Notes under the pieces: generated by a model | What the model saw: the letters and a program-made list of their open reading frames with translations, nothing else | Told to the model about the DNA's origin: nothing | The model's database searches: none | NCBI GenBank assembly: GCA_035691135.1 | Contig: DASSJR010000149.1 | Span: 1-58,739 of the forward strand | Direction of reading: 5' to 3' | Length of the DNA stretch: 58,739 nt | Source: Nocardioides sp. | GTDB lineage: Bacteria; Actinomycetota; Actinomycetes; Propionibacteriales; Nocardioidaceae | In this document: piece by piece, positions 1 through 8,923 of the stretch | Position numbering within the stretch: position 1 is the first letter of the stretch | How the letters are laid out: each line of letters opens with the position of its first letter | Position numbers and translations under genes: made by a program

Positions 1-290
1 AGGGCCAGCGCGACCAGGGGCTGCACCCGCCGGGCCTCCTCGTCGGCGAGTACGTCGGCGTGGCGGGCGAGCGCCCCGACCCGGACCCCGTCGTCTGAGC
101 AGGTCACGTGGTCGAGGTCGGGCAGGCCGTTGATGTCCACCAGCAGGGAGGGGGCCGCGAGCCGCATCGACAACAGCGGCACCAGGCTCTGACCGCCGGC
201 CAGCACCTTCGCGCCGTGGTCCCCCGCCAGCGCCGCGAGGGCCTCCTCGAGGCTGGCCGGCCGGACGTAGGAGAACGGCGCCGGCTTCAC
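1..290 (-). CDS. Molybdenum hydroxylase FAD-binding (medium) subunit, CoxM/xanthine dehydrogenase-like; 5' part only, runs off the window
   Basis: Manual translation from GTG at 290: MKPAPFSYVRPASLEEALAALAGDHGAKVLAGGQSLVPLLSMRLAAPSLLVDINGL. AGGQSL FAD-binding motif; GTGA overlap with the permease stop. Confidence 0.9.
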   Translation of the reverse strand, partial: MKPAPFSYVRPASLEEALAALAGDHGAKVLAGGQSLVPLLSMRLAAPSLLVDINGLPDLDHVTCSDDGVRVGALARHADVLADEEARRVQPLVALA

Positions 291-1756
291 GGGCCCCGGT
301 GCGGCTCGGTCGGACCCTCGCGATGCACGCCCTGCTCTCCGACCGCCATCATCGTTCCCTCGAGGACCCGCGGCTCCACGGCCCGGGCCAGGTGGTAGCC
401 GGCGACGATGACGATCGTGCCCAGCGCGATCCCGCCGAGGTCGAAGTTGTCGGTGACGGAGAAGAAGCCCGTGGTGCCGTAGCCGATGCCGAGGGTCAGG
501 CCCGCGGCGATCGGCACCAGGTTGGCCGGGTCGCCGAAGTTGACGTGGTTCTCGATCCAGATCTTGGCGCCGAGCAGGCCGATCATCCCGTAGAGCACGA
601 GCGTGATCCCGGCCAGCACGCCGGCGGGTGTGGCCGCCACGATCGCGCCGAACTTCGGTATGAATCCGAGGAGGATCGCGGTCACCGCGGCGACGAAGTA
701 GGCCGCGGTGGAGTAGACGCGGGTGGCCGCCATGACTCCGATGTTCTCGGCGTACGTCGTCGTCGGCGAGCCGCCCACCGCGCTCGTGATCACGGTGCCG
801 AACCCGTCGGCGGCCACGGCGCGCCCGACGACCGGGTCCAGGTCGACCCCGGTCATCCCGGAGACGGCCTTGACGTGGCCGATGTTCTCGGCGACCAGTG
901 CGATCACGGCCGGGAGCGCCAACAGTGCGAAGGTGATCGAGAACGACGGCAGGTGCCAGCCGACCGCGTCGAGGTTGCCGGCCAAGGTCTGGTTGCCGGT
1001 GAGCCCGTCGGCCGTATGCGGGGGGAAACCGAACCAGTCGGCGGAGGTGACGCCGGACCAGTCGACCCGGTCGTGGGTGATCGCCTTGCCGCCCGAGGAC
1101 GGCGTCGGAGAGGTGATCTGGCCGAAGATCAGGTCCGCCAGCCAGGAGACGACGTAGCCGAACAAGAGTCCGAGGAAGATCGCGATCCGGCCGAAGAATC
1201 CCTTCAGTCCGACCGCCATCAGGATCACCATGAGCATGGTCAGCATGGCGATCCAGGGATCCGTCGGCAGGTAGACGTCGGTGGCGACGCCCGCCAGGTT
1301 GAAGCCGATCAGCATGACCACGGCACCGGTGACGACGGGCGGCAGCACCCGGTTGACGACCTCCGCGCCGAGGAAGTGGATGATCACGCCGACGATGGCC
1401 AGCACGACGCCGGAGATCAGGATCGCGCCGGTCACGTCGACCGGTCCGCCCGGGCCGCCCGACCCGGAGTAGGTGTAGATCGCGGTGGCGCCGCCCACGA
1501 AGGACGCCGAGGTGCCGAGATAGCTGGGCACCTTGCCCTTGACGATCAGCAGGAAGCAGATCGTGGCGATGCCGCTCATCATGATCGCGAGGTTGGGGTT
1601 CAGGCCCATGATGATCGGGAAGACGAAGGTCGCGCCGAACATCGCGATCACGTGCTGCGCGCCGAGGCCGGCGGTCTTGCCCCAGGCCAGCCGCTGGTTC
1701 GGAGCCACGGGCTGCCCCGGGGCGGGGTCCACGACGTCCCACTTGAACATCGACAT
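287..1756 (-). CDS. NCS2 nucleobase:cation symporter, uracil/pyrimidine (UraA/RutG) type
   Basis: QH motif in TM1 (GAQHVIAMFGAT); NAT motif TTYAENIGVMAATRVYST; many TM segments. Confidence 0.92.
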   Translation of the reverse strand: MSMFKWDVVDPAPGQPVAPNQRLAWGKTAGLGAQHVIAMFGATFVFPIIMGLNPNLAIMMSGIATICFLLIVKGKVPSYLGTSASFVGGATAIYTYSGSGGPGGPVDVTGAILISGVVLAIVGVIIHFLGAEVVNRVLPPVVTGAVVMLIGFNLAGVATDVYLPTDPWIAMLTMLMVILMAVGLKGFFGRIAIFLGLLFGYVVSWLADLIFGQITSPTPSSGGKAITHDRVDWSGVTSADWFGFPPHTADGLTGNQTLAGNLDAVGWHLPSFSITFALLALPAVIALVAENIGHVKAVSGMTGVDLDPVVGRAVAADGFGTVITSAVGGSPTTTYAENIGVMAATRVYSTAAYFVAAVTAILLGFIPKFGAIVAATPAGVLAGITLVLYGMIGLLGAKIWIENHVNFGDPANLVPIAAGLTLGIGYGTTGFFSVTDNFDLGGIALGTIVIVAGYHLARAVEPRVLEGTMMAVGEQGVHREGPTEPHRGP

Positions 1757-1823
1757 CAGGGTCCTCCAAGGCGCTGGTCGGGGTCCAGAGAGCTCAAGCT
1801 AGTGGCCCCCATCCCACACCCTC

Positions 1824-1862
1824 GACGGCGAGAAATGCCGAAGGAACGCCGCATTCGCCGTC
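1824..1862 (-). terminator. Imperfect stem-loop between the PucR-family gene and the permease
   Basis: GACGGCGA...TCGCCGTC inverted repeat just after the regulator stop; no U-tract. Confidence 0.35.
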
Positions 1863-1881
1863 AATGTTCACCGCCGTCGGG

Positions 1882-3141
1882 TCAGGGAGCGATCTCGAGC
1901 ACGCGCAGCGCGACGGCGACGTCGAGGCGCAGGTGCGGGTCGGTGGAGAGGGGGCCGAGCAGCCGCTCGAGCTTCCCCACCCGGTACCGCATCGTGTTGT
2001 AGTGGAAGAACTGCAGCCGGGCCGCCTCGGCCACGTTGAAGTTGGTGTCGAGGAGGATCCGCAGGGTGGCGCGCAGGTCCGCGGCCTCGGCGGTGGGCTC
2101 GGCGACGGCTCCGAGGACGTCACTGGCGAACGCCTGCAGCTCCTCGACGTCGGGCACCAGCGCGATCAGCCGATGGACGCCGAGCTGGTCGAAGAACGTC
2201 GTGGACGCGTCGCCGTGGATCCGTCGCCCGACCTGGACGGTGCGCCGAGCCTGGGAGTAGGCGTCCGGCAGCTCGCCCAGCGATCGCGCCACCCGGCTCA
2301 CCCCCACCGAGAACGGCCGTCGTCCGCCGCCCCGATCCCCCGCCACGGCCGCCACCACGCGACGTACGGCGCCATCACCGGGCCACGGGTCGTCGTCATC
2401 GTCGGCAACCGGCAGCAGGGTCACCACCTCGGAGGAGAAGTCGACGCTCGGCACCCCCTTCTCGAGCGAGGCCGTGACCTGCCGCCAGGCGGCCGAGAAC
2501 CGGTCCTGCCACCGCCGCCGCTGCGGGCCCGACGCGTCCTCACCGGGTCGCGGCGGGTCGAGCTCGGCGACCACGACCACCACCGGACGGTCGAGGTCCC
2601 AGCCGAAGGCATCGGCGTGCTCCTCGACGTACCGGTCATCGCCCGCCCGACGCAGGAACAGGTCGCGCAAGAAGTCACCCTGGTACTTGTTCTCGACGGC
2701 CGTCACCGCCTCCTCGCGGGTGATCAGCAGCGCGGCGACGGCGGCCGCGCGCTCGAGGGCGTGGACATCGCTCTCCGAGATCGCCTCGTCGGTGCGGCCA
2801 CACACCAGCCGCGCGAGGTCCTCACCGCCCGCGGCCACGCGCAAGGACCGGAGCTGCCCAAGACCCAGGGGGCTGCCCTCACCGGCGATCAGCTCCACCC
2901 GGATCCGCCCGGAGCCGTCGATGAACCCGGCCGACTCCAGGGCCGTGCGTTGCACGGGGTCGATGGCCGCAGCGCGCTCACGGCCGTCGGTGGAGGTGAA
3001 CAGGACGCCCACATCGAGGACCTTGCCGACCTCGGCGGCGATCCGGTCCAGGTCGCCGCCCTCGAGCACGATGTCGGTCAGCGCGGTGTGGAGCGCGTCG
3101 ACGCGGGCCAGGGCGGCAGCTGCGTCATCTCCGGCTATCAA
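1882..3141 (-). CDS. PucR/CdaR-family transcriptional regulator (start uncertain: TTG 3141 with GGAGG upstream; ORF is open to 3207)
   Basis: C-terminal HTH_30 NFNVAEAARLQFFHYNTMRYRVGKLERLLG; GGDEF-like VGVSR segment; LERAAAVAALL...FLRDL. Confidence 0.88.
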   Translation of the reverse strand: MIAGDDAAAALARVDALHTALTDIVLEGGDLDRIAAEVGKVLDVGVLFTSTDGRERAAAIDPVQRTALESAGFIDGSGRIRVELIAGEGSPLGLGQLRSLRVAAGGEDLARLVCGRTDEAISESDVHALERAAAVAALLITREEAVTAVENKYQGDFLRDLFLRRAGDDRYVEEHADAFGWDLDRPVVVVVAELDPPRPGEDASGPQRRRWQDRFSAAWRQVTASLEKGVPSVDFSSEVVTLLPVADDDDDPWPGDGAVRRVVAAVAGDRGGGRRPFSVGVSRVARSLGELPDAYSQARRTVQVGRRIHGDASTTFFDQLGVHRLIALVPDVEELQAFASDVLGAVAEPTAEAADLRATLRILLDTNFNVAEAARLQFFHYNTMRYRVGKLERLLGPLSTDPHLRLDVAVALRVLEIAP

Positions 3142-3221
3142 TACTTGGGGCCCTCCCCTGAAGATCGTTGGCACAACCTCACATCGGCAAACGTAACGGG
3201 CGACCACTAGCGTCGGGAAGC

Positions 3222-3989
3222 ATGAGCCCCACGGCCAGCATCCCGGTCAGTGCCCCACCCCGGGTCAGGGACCTGATCCGGAGTGCTCCCGACGGACCGG
3301 TCCCGATCGTCCACGCCGGCCCGCACGCGGTGTACGTCGCGCTGGACGGTCCCGAGGACACGCGATGCGTCGGAGTGCTGGGCCGCGGGGCGGCCCAGGT
3401 CCCGTGCGGCCTCCGGACACGAATTCGTGACTTTCGCGCGTGGCGGTGCGAGTCGGCGTACGTTGCGGGTGGGACGCTCCACGTCGACCACATACCGTTG
3501 ACGGTGGGACGTGCCGTGGCTGTGCAAGTACCACCCCTGGGCCACCGGACGATCCCACGCCGGACGGCCAGTCCGGCCACCGCTACGGCCACCCCCCAGG
3601 CCGTGGTGGTCGGGCTGGTCCCGCAGTTCACGGCAGCCACGGTCGGGCAGCTGTTGGGCCGGGGTCCCGGGCTCACCCCGCTGGGCGATGACGTCATCTG
3701 CGGCTGGATCGCCACCCACCGCGCGGCCGGCGTGCCGACCCCGGAGATCGACACCGCGGTGCGTGCCGGCCTGCCCCGCACCACGCTGCTCTCCGGCACG
3801 CTCCTCGACTGCGCGCTCCACGGCGAGGTCCTCCCCGAGCTGGGCCGGTACCTGGCGGCGGTCGGCACCCACGCCGAGGCCCGCCGGGCCGCCGAGCTTC
3901 GAGCCGTCGGTGGCACCTCCGGCGCCGGTTTGCTGATGGGCGCCCTCCTCGCCCTCGACGAGCTGCTCGCCCTGGAGGGCGCGGCATGA
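3222..3989 (+). CDS. DUF2877 / AllH(YlbF)-like protein
   Basis: LLGRGPGLTPLGDDVICG and VGGTSGAGLLMG motifs; TAGCGT -10 just upstream of ATG 3222; ATGA overlap with fdrA. Confidence 0.85.
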   Translation: MSPTASIPVSAPPRVRDLIRSAPDGPVPIVHAGPHAVYVALDGPEDTRCVGVLGRGAAQVPCGLRTRIRDFRAWRCESAYVAGGTLHVDHIPLTVGRAVAVQVPPLGHRTIPRRTASPATATATPQAVVVGLVPQFTAATVGQLLGRGPGLTPLGDDVICGWIATHRAAGVPTPEIDTAVRAGLPRTTLLSGTLLDCALHGEVLPELGRYLAAVGTHAEARRAAELRAVGGTSGAGLLMGALLALDELLALEGAA

Positions 3990-5389
3990 CGGAACACGTA
4001 GAGCTCAGGCACGGCGCCTACGCCGACTCGGTCACCCTGCTCCAGGTCAGCCGCATCGTGCAGGAGGAGCCGGGCGTGCGGGCCGCCCAGGTGGCGATGG
4101 CAACGCCGCTCAACCTCGAGGTGCTGACCGGGATGGGGTTCGACGTCCCCGACGCGGCTCCCGACGACCTGGTCGTCGCCCTGCGGCTCGACGAGACCGC
4201 AGAGCTCGGCGACGTCCTCGCGGCGGTCGATGCCGCCCTCGTCCGGTCCACCCGGGCAACCGACACGGCAGCCGAGACCGCACCCCCGCGCACCACGGCC
4301 GCGGCGCTGCGGCTGGCGCCAGGGGCGATCGTGCTGGTCTCGGTGCCGGGCGCCCACGCCCTCGTCGAGGCGATGGACGCGCTCGACGCCGGCAGCGACG
4401 TGATGGTCTTCAGCGACAACGTCCCGCTTGACCAGGAGGTCGCCCTCAAGCAGGTGGCCGCCGAGCGCGACCTCCTCGTGATGGGCCCCGACTGTGGGAC
4501 GGCGGTCGTCGGGGGGCTCGGCCTCGGCTTCGCCAACGTGACCAGCCCCGGTCCCGTGGGGATCGTGGCCGCGTCCGGCACCGGCTGCCAGCAGCTGATG
4601 ACCCTCCTCGACCACGCCGGGGTCGGGGTCTCCTCCGCACTCGGGGTCGGGGGCCGCGACCTCTCGGCCGAGGTGCGGGGCCTGTCGACCCGCACCGCCC
4701 TGGCCCGGCTCGACGCCGACCCTGACGTGGAGCTGATCGCCCTCGTGTCGAAGCCTCCCGCCGAAGATGTGGCCGAGGAGATCGAGCAGTACGCCGCCTC
4801 GCTCGCGACGCCGGTCGCGATGGCGCTGCTGGGACCGGGCCAACCGGACTTGACCGCCGCCGCGGAGGACGTCCTCCGGCGACTCGGTCGGGACGTACCG
4901 GCCTGGCCGGTGCGCGGGCACGCTGACCCGTCGTCAGTTCACGACGGGTCAGCTCTGCGGGGGCTGTTCGTGGGCGGGACGCTCTGCGAGGAGGCGCGGC
5001 TGATCGCCACCGAACTGCTGGGCGGCACGGACCGATACACCATGGTCGACTTCGGAGCCGATGAGCTCACCGGCGGTCGGGCTCACCCGATGATCGACCC
5101 GACCCTGCGGCTGGAGCACCTGGCCAGGGCCGCAGCCGACGAGCAGACCGGCGTACTCCTCCTCGACGTGGTGCTGGGCCACGGGGCCGAGCCCGATCCG
5201 GCGGCCCTGCTGGCCCCGGCCGTCGCCGCAGCCGACGTCCCGGTCGTGGTCTCGGTGATCGGTACGACGCACGACCCGCAGGACCTCGACCGCCAGGTCC
5301 GGGTGCTGGCCGAGGCAGGGGCCGAGGTCCACGTGTCGAACGCGGGGGCGGCCCGACGAGCGGTCGAGCTCCTGGGAGGTGGCCGATGA
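3986..5389 (+). CDS. fdrA: FdrA/AllF-like protein (succinyl-CoA ligase-like fold)
   Basis: YADSVTLLQVS, FSDNV, MGPDCGTA, AASGTG, GGRDLS, GRAHPMIDP and LLDVVLGHG motifs. Confidence 0.9.
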   Translation: MTEHVELRHGAYADSVTLLQVSRIVQEEPGVRAAQVAMATPLNLEVLTGMGFDVPDAAPDDLVVALRLDETAELGDVLAAVDAALVRSTRATDTAAETAPPRTTAAALRLAPGAIVLVSVPGAHALVEAMDALDAGSDVMVFSDNVPLDQEVALKQVAAERDLLVMGPDCGTAVVGGLGLGFANVTSPGPVGIVAASGTGCQQLMTLLDHAGVGVSSALGVGGRDLSAEVRGLSTRTALARLDADPDVELIALVSKPPAEDVAEEIEQYAASLATPVAMALLGPGQPDLTAAAEDVLRRLGRDVPAWPVRGHADPSSVHDGSALRGLFVGGTLCEEARLIATELLGGTDRYTMVDFGADELTGGRAHPMIDPTLRLEHLARAAADEQTGVLLLDVVLGHGAEPDPAALLAPAVAAADVPVVVSVIGTTHDPQDLDRQVRVLAEAGAEVHVSNAGAARRAVELLGGGR

Positions 5390-6783
5390 GCGCTCCGGAA
5401 CACGTCGTCGGCGTCGGGGTCGACCTGCTCGCCGATGCCGCCGAGAGCCAGGCGGTCGACGTCACCCGGGTCGACTGGCGGCCCCCCTTGACCGGCACCG
5501 AGGCCGACCTGGCCGCCGTGGCCGCGGACCCCCGACGGCGGGCAGCCAACGAGGAGGCGCTGGCCCGGATGCTGCGCGTCCAGGCGATGCTGGTCGACGT
5601 CGCCCCGGCATCGGAGCTGCTCGGGCTCGAGCACGGACAGTTCCTCCACGCCGGTCCACCGATCACGTGGGACCGGGCCTCGGGCCCGCTGCGGGGTGCG
5701 CTGATGGGGGCTGCCGCCCTCGAGGGCCTGGTCGAGGACCCCGAGGACGCCGCCCCGCTCTTCGACAAGGGCGCGTCGGTCACGCTGGAGCCGTGCCACC
5801 ACCGCGGCGCGGTCGGACCGATGGCCGGCGTCGTCGCGCCGTCCATGTGGATGTGGGTTCTCGAGGACCCCGACTCCGGAGCGCGCACCCACTGCACGCT
5901 GAACGAGGGGCTCGGCAAGGTCCTGCGGTACGGCGCCTACTCACCCGAGGTCCTGACCCGGCTGCGCTGGATGGCCGACGTCCTCGGGCCGCTCCTGCAG
6001 GGAGCCGTACGGTCGAGCGGACCGGTCGACATCACCGGAATCCTCACCCAGATGCTGCAGATGGGCGACGAGGCCCACAACCGCAACCGGGCCGGCACCC
6101 TGATGGTGCTGCGCGACCTGGCGCCGGCGATGGTGACCGCTGCTGCCGAGGCCGGCTTCGCCACCGACGACGTGGCCGACGCCCTGCGGTTCATCGCCGG
6201 CAACGACCACTTCTTCCTCAACCTCGCGATGCCCGCCTGCAAGCTCGCCCTCGACGCCGCCCGTGACATCCCGGGCTCCACGATGGTGGTGGTGATGGCG
6301 CGCAACGGCACAGACTTCGGCATCCAGGTCGCGGGAACCGGCGACGAGTGGTTCACCGGGCCGGCGCAGCTGGCCGAGGGACTCTTCCTCGGCGACTACG
6401 GCGCCGACGACGCCAACCCCGACATCGGCGACTCGGCGATCACGGAGACCGCAGGGATCGGCGGGTTCGCGATGGCGACCGCACCGGCGATCGTCCGCCT
6501 GGTCGGCGGGACGGTGCCCGACGCACTGGCCACCACGCGCCGGATGCACGAGATCACCCTCGGCGAGAATCCCCGCTGGTCGGTGCCGGTGCTGGAGTTC
6601 CAGGGCGTCCCGACCGGCATCGACGTCGCCCGCGTCTGCCGCACCGGCATCCTGCCCCAGATCAACACCGGCATGGCCGGCCGCGTCGCCGGCGTCGGCC
6701 AGGTCGGCGCCGGACTGGTCACTCCCCCGGCCGAGGTCTTCCCGAAGGCGCTGGCGGCCCTCGCTGCTCGCAGCCGCACCTGA
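5386..6783 (+). CDS. DUF1116 / AllG(YlbE)-like protein
   Basis: LHAGPP, PCHH..AVGPMAG, NEGLGKVLRYGAY, MGDEAHNRN, RNGTDFGI, NPDIGDSAITET and INTG motifs. Confidence 0.9.
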   Translation: MSAPEHVVGVGVDLLADAAESQAVDVTRVDWRPPLTGTEADLAAVAADPRRRAANEEALARMLRVQAMLVDVAPASELLGLEHGQFLHAGPPITWDRASGPLRGALMGAAALEGLVEDPEDAAPLFDKGASVTLEPCHHRGAVGPMAGVVAPSMWMWVLEDPDSGARTHCTLNEGLGKVLRYGAYSPEVLTRLRWMADVLGPLLQGAVRSSGPVDITGILTQMLQMGDEAHNRNRAGTLMVLRDLAPAMVTAAAEAGFATDDVADALRFIAGNDHFFLNLAMPACKLALDAARDIPGSTMVVVMARNGTDFGIQVAGTGDEWFTGPAQLAEGLFLGDYGADDANPDIGDSAITETAGIGGFAMATAPAIVRLVGGTVPDALATTRRMHEITLGENPRWSVPVLEFQGVPTGIDVARVCRTGILPQINTGMAGRVAGVGQVGAGLVTPPAEVFPKALAALAARSRT

Positions 6784-6787
6784 GCCC

Positions 6788-7393
6788 TCAGCGTCGAGCG
6801 GCGGCGCGCTTGGCGACGTACCGTTTGACCTTCTCGTGGGTTCCACAGTCCTCCATCGAGCACCAGCGGCGGGTCCCGCTGCGGGAGACGTCGAGGAACA
6901 ACCACGGACAGCCTGCGCACCGCTTGACGCGGCGCCGGTCGCCGGAGCGCAACAGCGTGACCGCCGCATCGGCCACCGGCCACAACGGCGCCAGCAGCTC
7001 CTCCCACGGCCAGTCCAGTCGGTACCCGGTCCCTGACGGGCGCACCACCGCGTGGCCGAGCCCGTCGGCGGCGACCCGGCGCAGAGTCACCCAGTCGTCA
7101 CTGGGCAGTGTCACCCCGGTCGCCACTGCGCCGAACACCCCGTTGAGAGCGTCGCGAAGCCCATGGGCCCGCCGCAGGGCGGCGGACGCAGCTCGCGACT
7201 GCTGCGCCACTGACCGCCGTCGACGATCCAGGTCGCCGGCGGGCAGGACCCCGGTGCGCACCGACCAGACCAGCAGGTCGTCGTAGGTCGTGAGGTGGTC
7301 GTGCCGCGCGGGACCCAACGGGTCGTCCACGGTGTTGGCGAAGTCGAGCGCGAGGTTTCCACCGACGATCGGCAGCTCGCGAGGATCGGCCAT
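6788..7393 (-). CDS. ABATE/CGNR zinc-finger putative regulator
   Basis: LALDFANT N-terminus; C-terminal KRCAGCPWLFLDVSRSGTRRWCSMEDCG. Confidence 0.9.
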   Translation of the reverse strand: MADPRELPIVGGNLALDFANTVDDPLGPARHDHLTTYDDLLVWSVRTGVLPAGDLDRRRRSVAQQSRAASAALRRAHGLRDALNGVFGAVATGVTLPSDDWVTLRRVAADGLGHAVVRPSGTGYRLDWPWEELLAPLWPVADAAVTLLRSGDRRRVKRCAGCPWLFLDVSRSGTRRWCSMEDCGTHEKVKRYVAKRAAARR

Positions 7394-7455
7394 GTTTCCA
7401 CCATAACCGCCTTTGCCGGTTGACGCAGCCCAGCACAGCTGATGTTGTTGCCACT

Positions 7456-8856
7456 ATGATGGCTTTTGGTGGTAACACCTCGGAACGGTCAGCTGCTGGA
7501 GTCGGCGTGCTGTGCGTCGCGCAGTTCGTGCTCGTGCTCGACGCCACGATCGTCACCACGGCGCTGCCGTCGATGGGGAGGTCGCTCGACCTGACCGTCG
7601 TCGGGTTGTCGTGGGTCGTCACCGGTTACACGTTGACCTTCGGGGGGCTCCTGGTGCTGGGCGGCCGGGTCGCGGACCTGGCCGGACCCAGGCGTGTGCT
7701 GCTGGTCGGCCTCGGACTGTTCGCGGCGGCCTCGCTGGCCTGCGCCGCGGCGTGGAGCGGTCCCATGCTGGTGGGAGCGCGTCTGGTTCAAGGTGCCGGC
7801 GCGGCGGTGATGTGCCCGGCGGCGCTTGCGTTGCTCACGCAGGTGGCTGGTTCCGAGGACGGACGGCGGCGCGCCGTCGGCTGGTGGACCGCCGCCGCGG
7901 CCACGGGCGGCGCAAGTGGCTGGGTGGCGGGCGGTCTGCTCACCGACTCATTCGGGTGGCGCTCCGTGTTCTGGGTCAACGTGCCACTGGCCGTCGCCGG
8001 GCTGGTGGCGTCCCGTTCGCTGCTGCCCCCTGGGCGACGCTCGTCCGGCGTCGCCCTGGACTTGCCAGCCGCGGTGGGGCTCACGGCGGCGCTGGCCCTC
8101 CTTGTCCTCGGCCTCACCTCCGCAGCCGAAGCCGGGCTCGGGGCTGCGGTCACCTGGGTCCCACTGCTGGTGGCCACCGTGGTCACGGTGTGGGTACTCC
8201 GCCACGAGCGCCGAGCGGCGGACCCCCTGCTTCCGCTGGGCATGCTTCGGGGACCTGTCGCCGGCTCATCGCTGTCCGCGCTGGCCCTGACGGCGAGCAC
8301 GACCCCCGCCATGATGCTCTCGGTCCTCTACCTCCAGCAGGTGCTGCATCTGTCAGCGGTGCGGGCCTCAATGCTGTTCCCGATCTTCAACGTCGCCGTG
8401 ACGGTCGCGTCTCTTCTCGGTGCCCGCGTCCTCGCCCGGCTCGGGGCCCGGGTCACCACGACGTCCGGGTTCGGGGCGATCGCGGTCGGCGCCGGACTGC
8501 TCGCCCTCCTGCCGGTGATGGGGTCGCCGGTGGCGGTGGTGCTGCTTGCCTTCACCGCCATGGGCGCGGGCCTCGGCATCGCCTCCGTGACCTCCACGCA
8601 TGTCGGCACGGCAGGCGCAAGTCCGGCGTACCGGGGCGTGGTCTCCGGCGTGCTCACCGCGGCAGCGCAGGTCGGCACCACGGTCGGCCTCGCGCTGCTC
8701 GTTCCGGTCGCGGGGCAGACCAGCCTCGCCGCTGGATTCGCCGGCGCCGCCATGGTGGCACTGGTGGGGACCTGGTGCGGCCGACTGCTACCCGGTCGGT
8801 CCGACTCCCCCGCGCTGAGCGTGCCCCCACGGCTGGCTGACCGGGTGTCTGAGTAG
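7456..8856 (+). CDS. MFS transporter, DHA2 (EmrB/QacA-like)
   Basis: LDATIVTTALPSM, WVVTGYTLTFGGLLVLGGRVADLAGPRR, GWRSVFWVNVP. Confidence 0.9.
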   Translation: MMAFGGNTSERSAAGVGVLCVAQFVLVLDATIVTTALPSMGRSLDLTVVGLSWVVTGYTLTFGGLLVLGGRVADLAGPRRVLLVGLGLFAAASLACAAAWSGPMLVGARLVQGAGAAVMCPAALALLTQVAGSEDGRRRAVGWWTAAAATGGASGWVAGGLLTDSFGWRSVFWVNVPLAVAGLVASRSLLPPGRRSSGVALDLPAAVGLTAALALLVLGLTSAAEAGLGAAVTWVPLLVATVVTVWVLRHERRAADPLLPLGMLRGPVAGSSLSALALTASTTPAMMLSVLYLQQVLHLSAVRASMLFPIFNVAVTVASLLGARVLARLGARVTTTSGFGAIAVGAGLLALLPVMGSPVAVVLLAFTAMGAGLGIASVTSTHVGTAGASPAYRGVVSGVLTAAAQVGTTVGLALLVPVAGQTSLAAGFAGAAMVALVGTWCGRLLPGRSDSPALSVPPRLADRVSE

Positions 8857-8923
8857 CAACACCTAGGTGATTTGCGGTCTTTCGACTCTGTCGGACCAGT
8901 CCCCTGTGCGGGTGAATTGAAGC

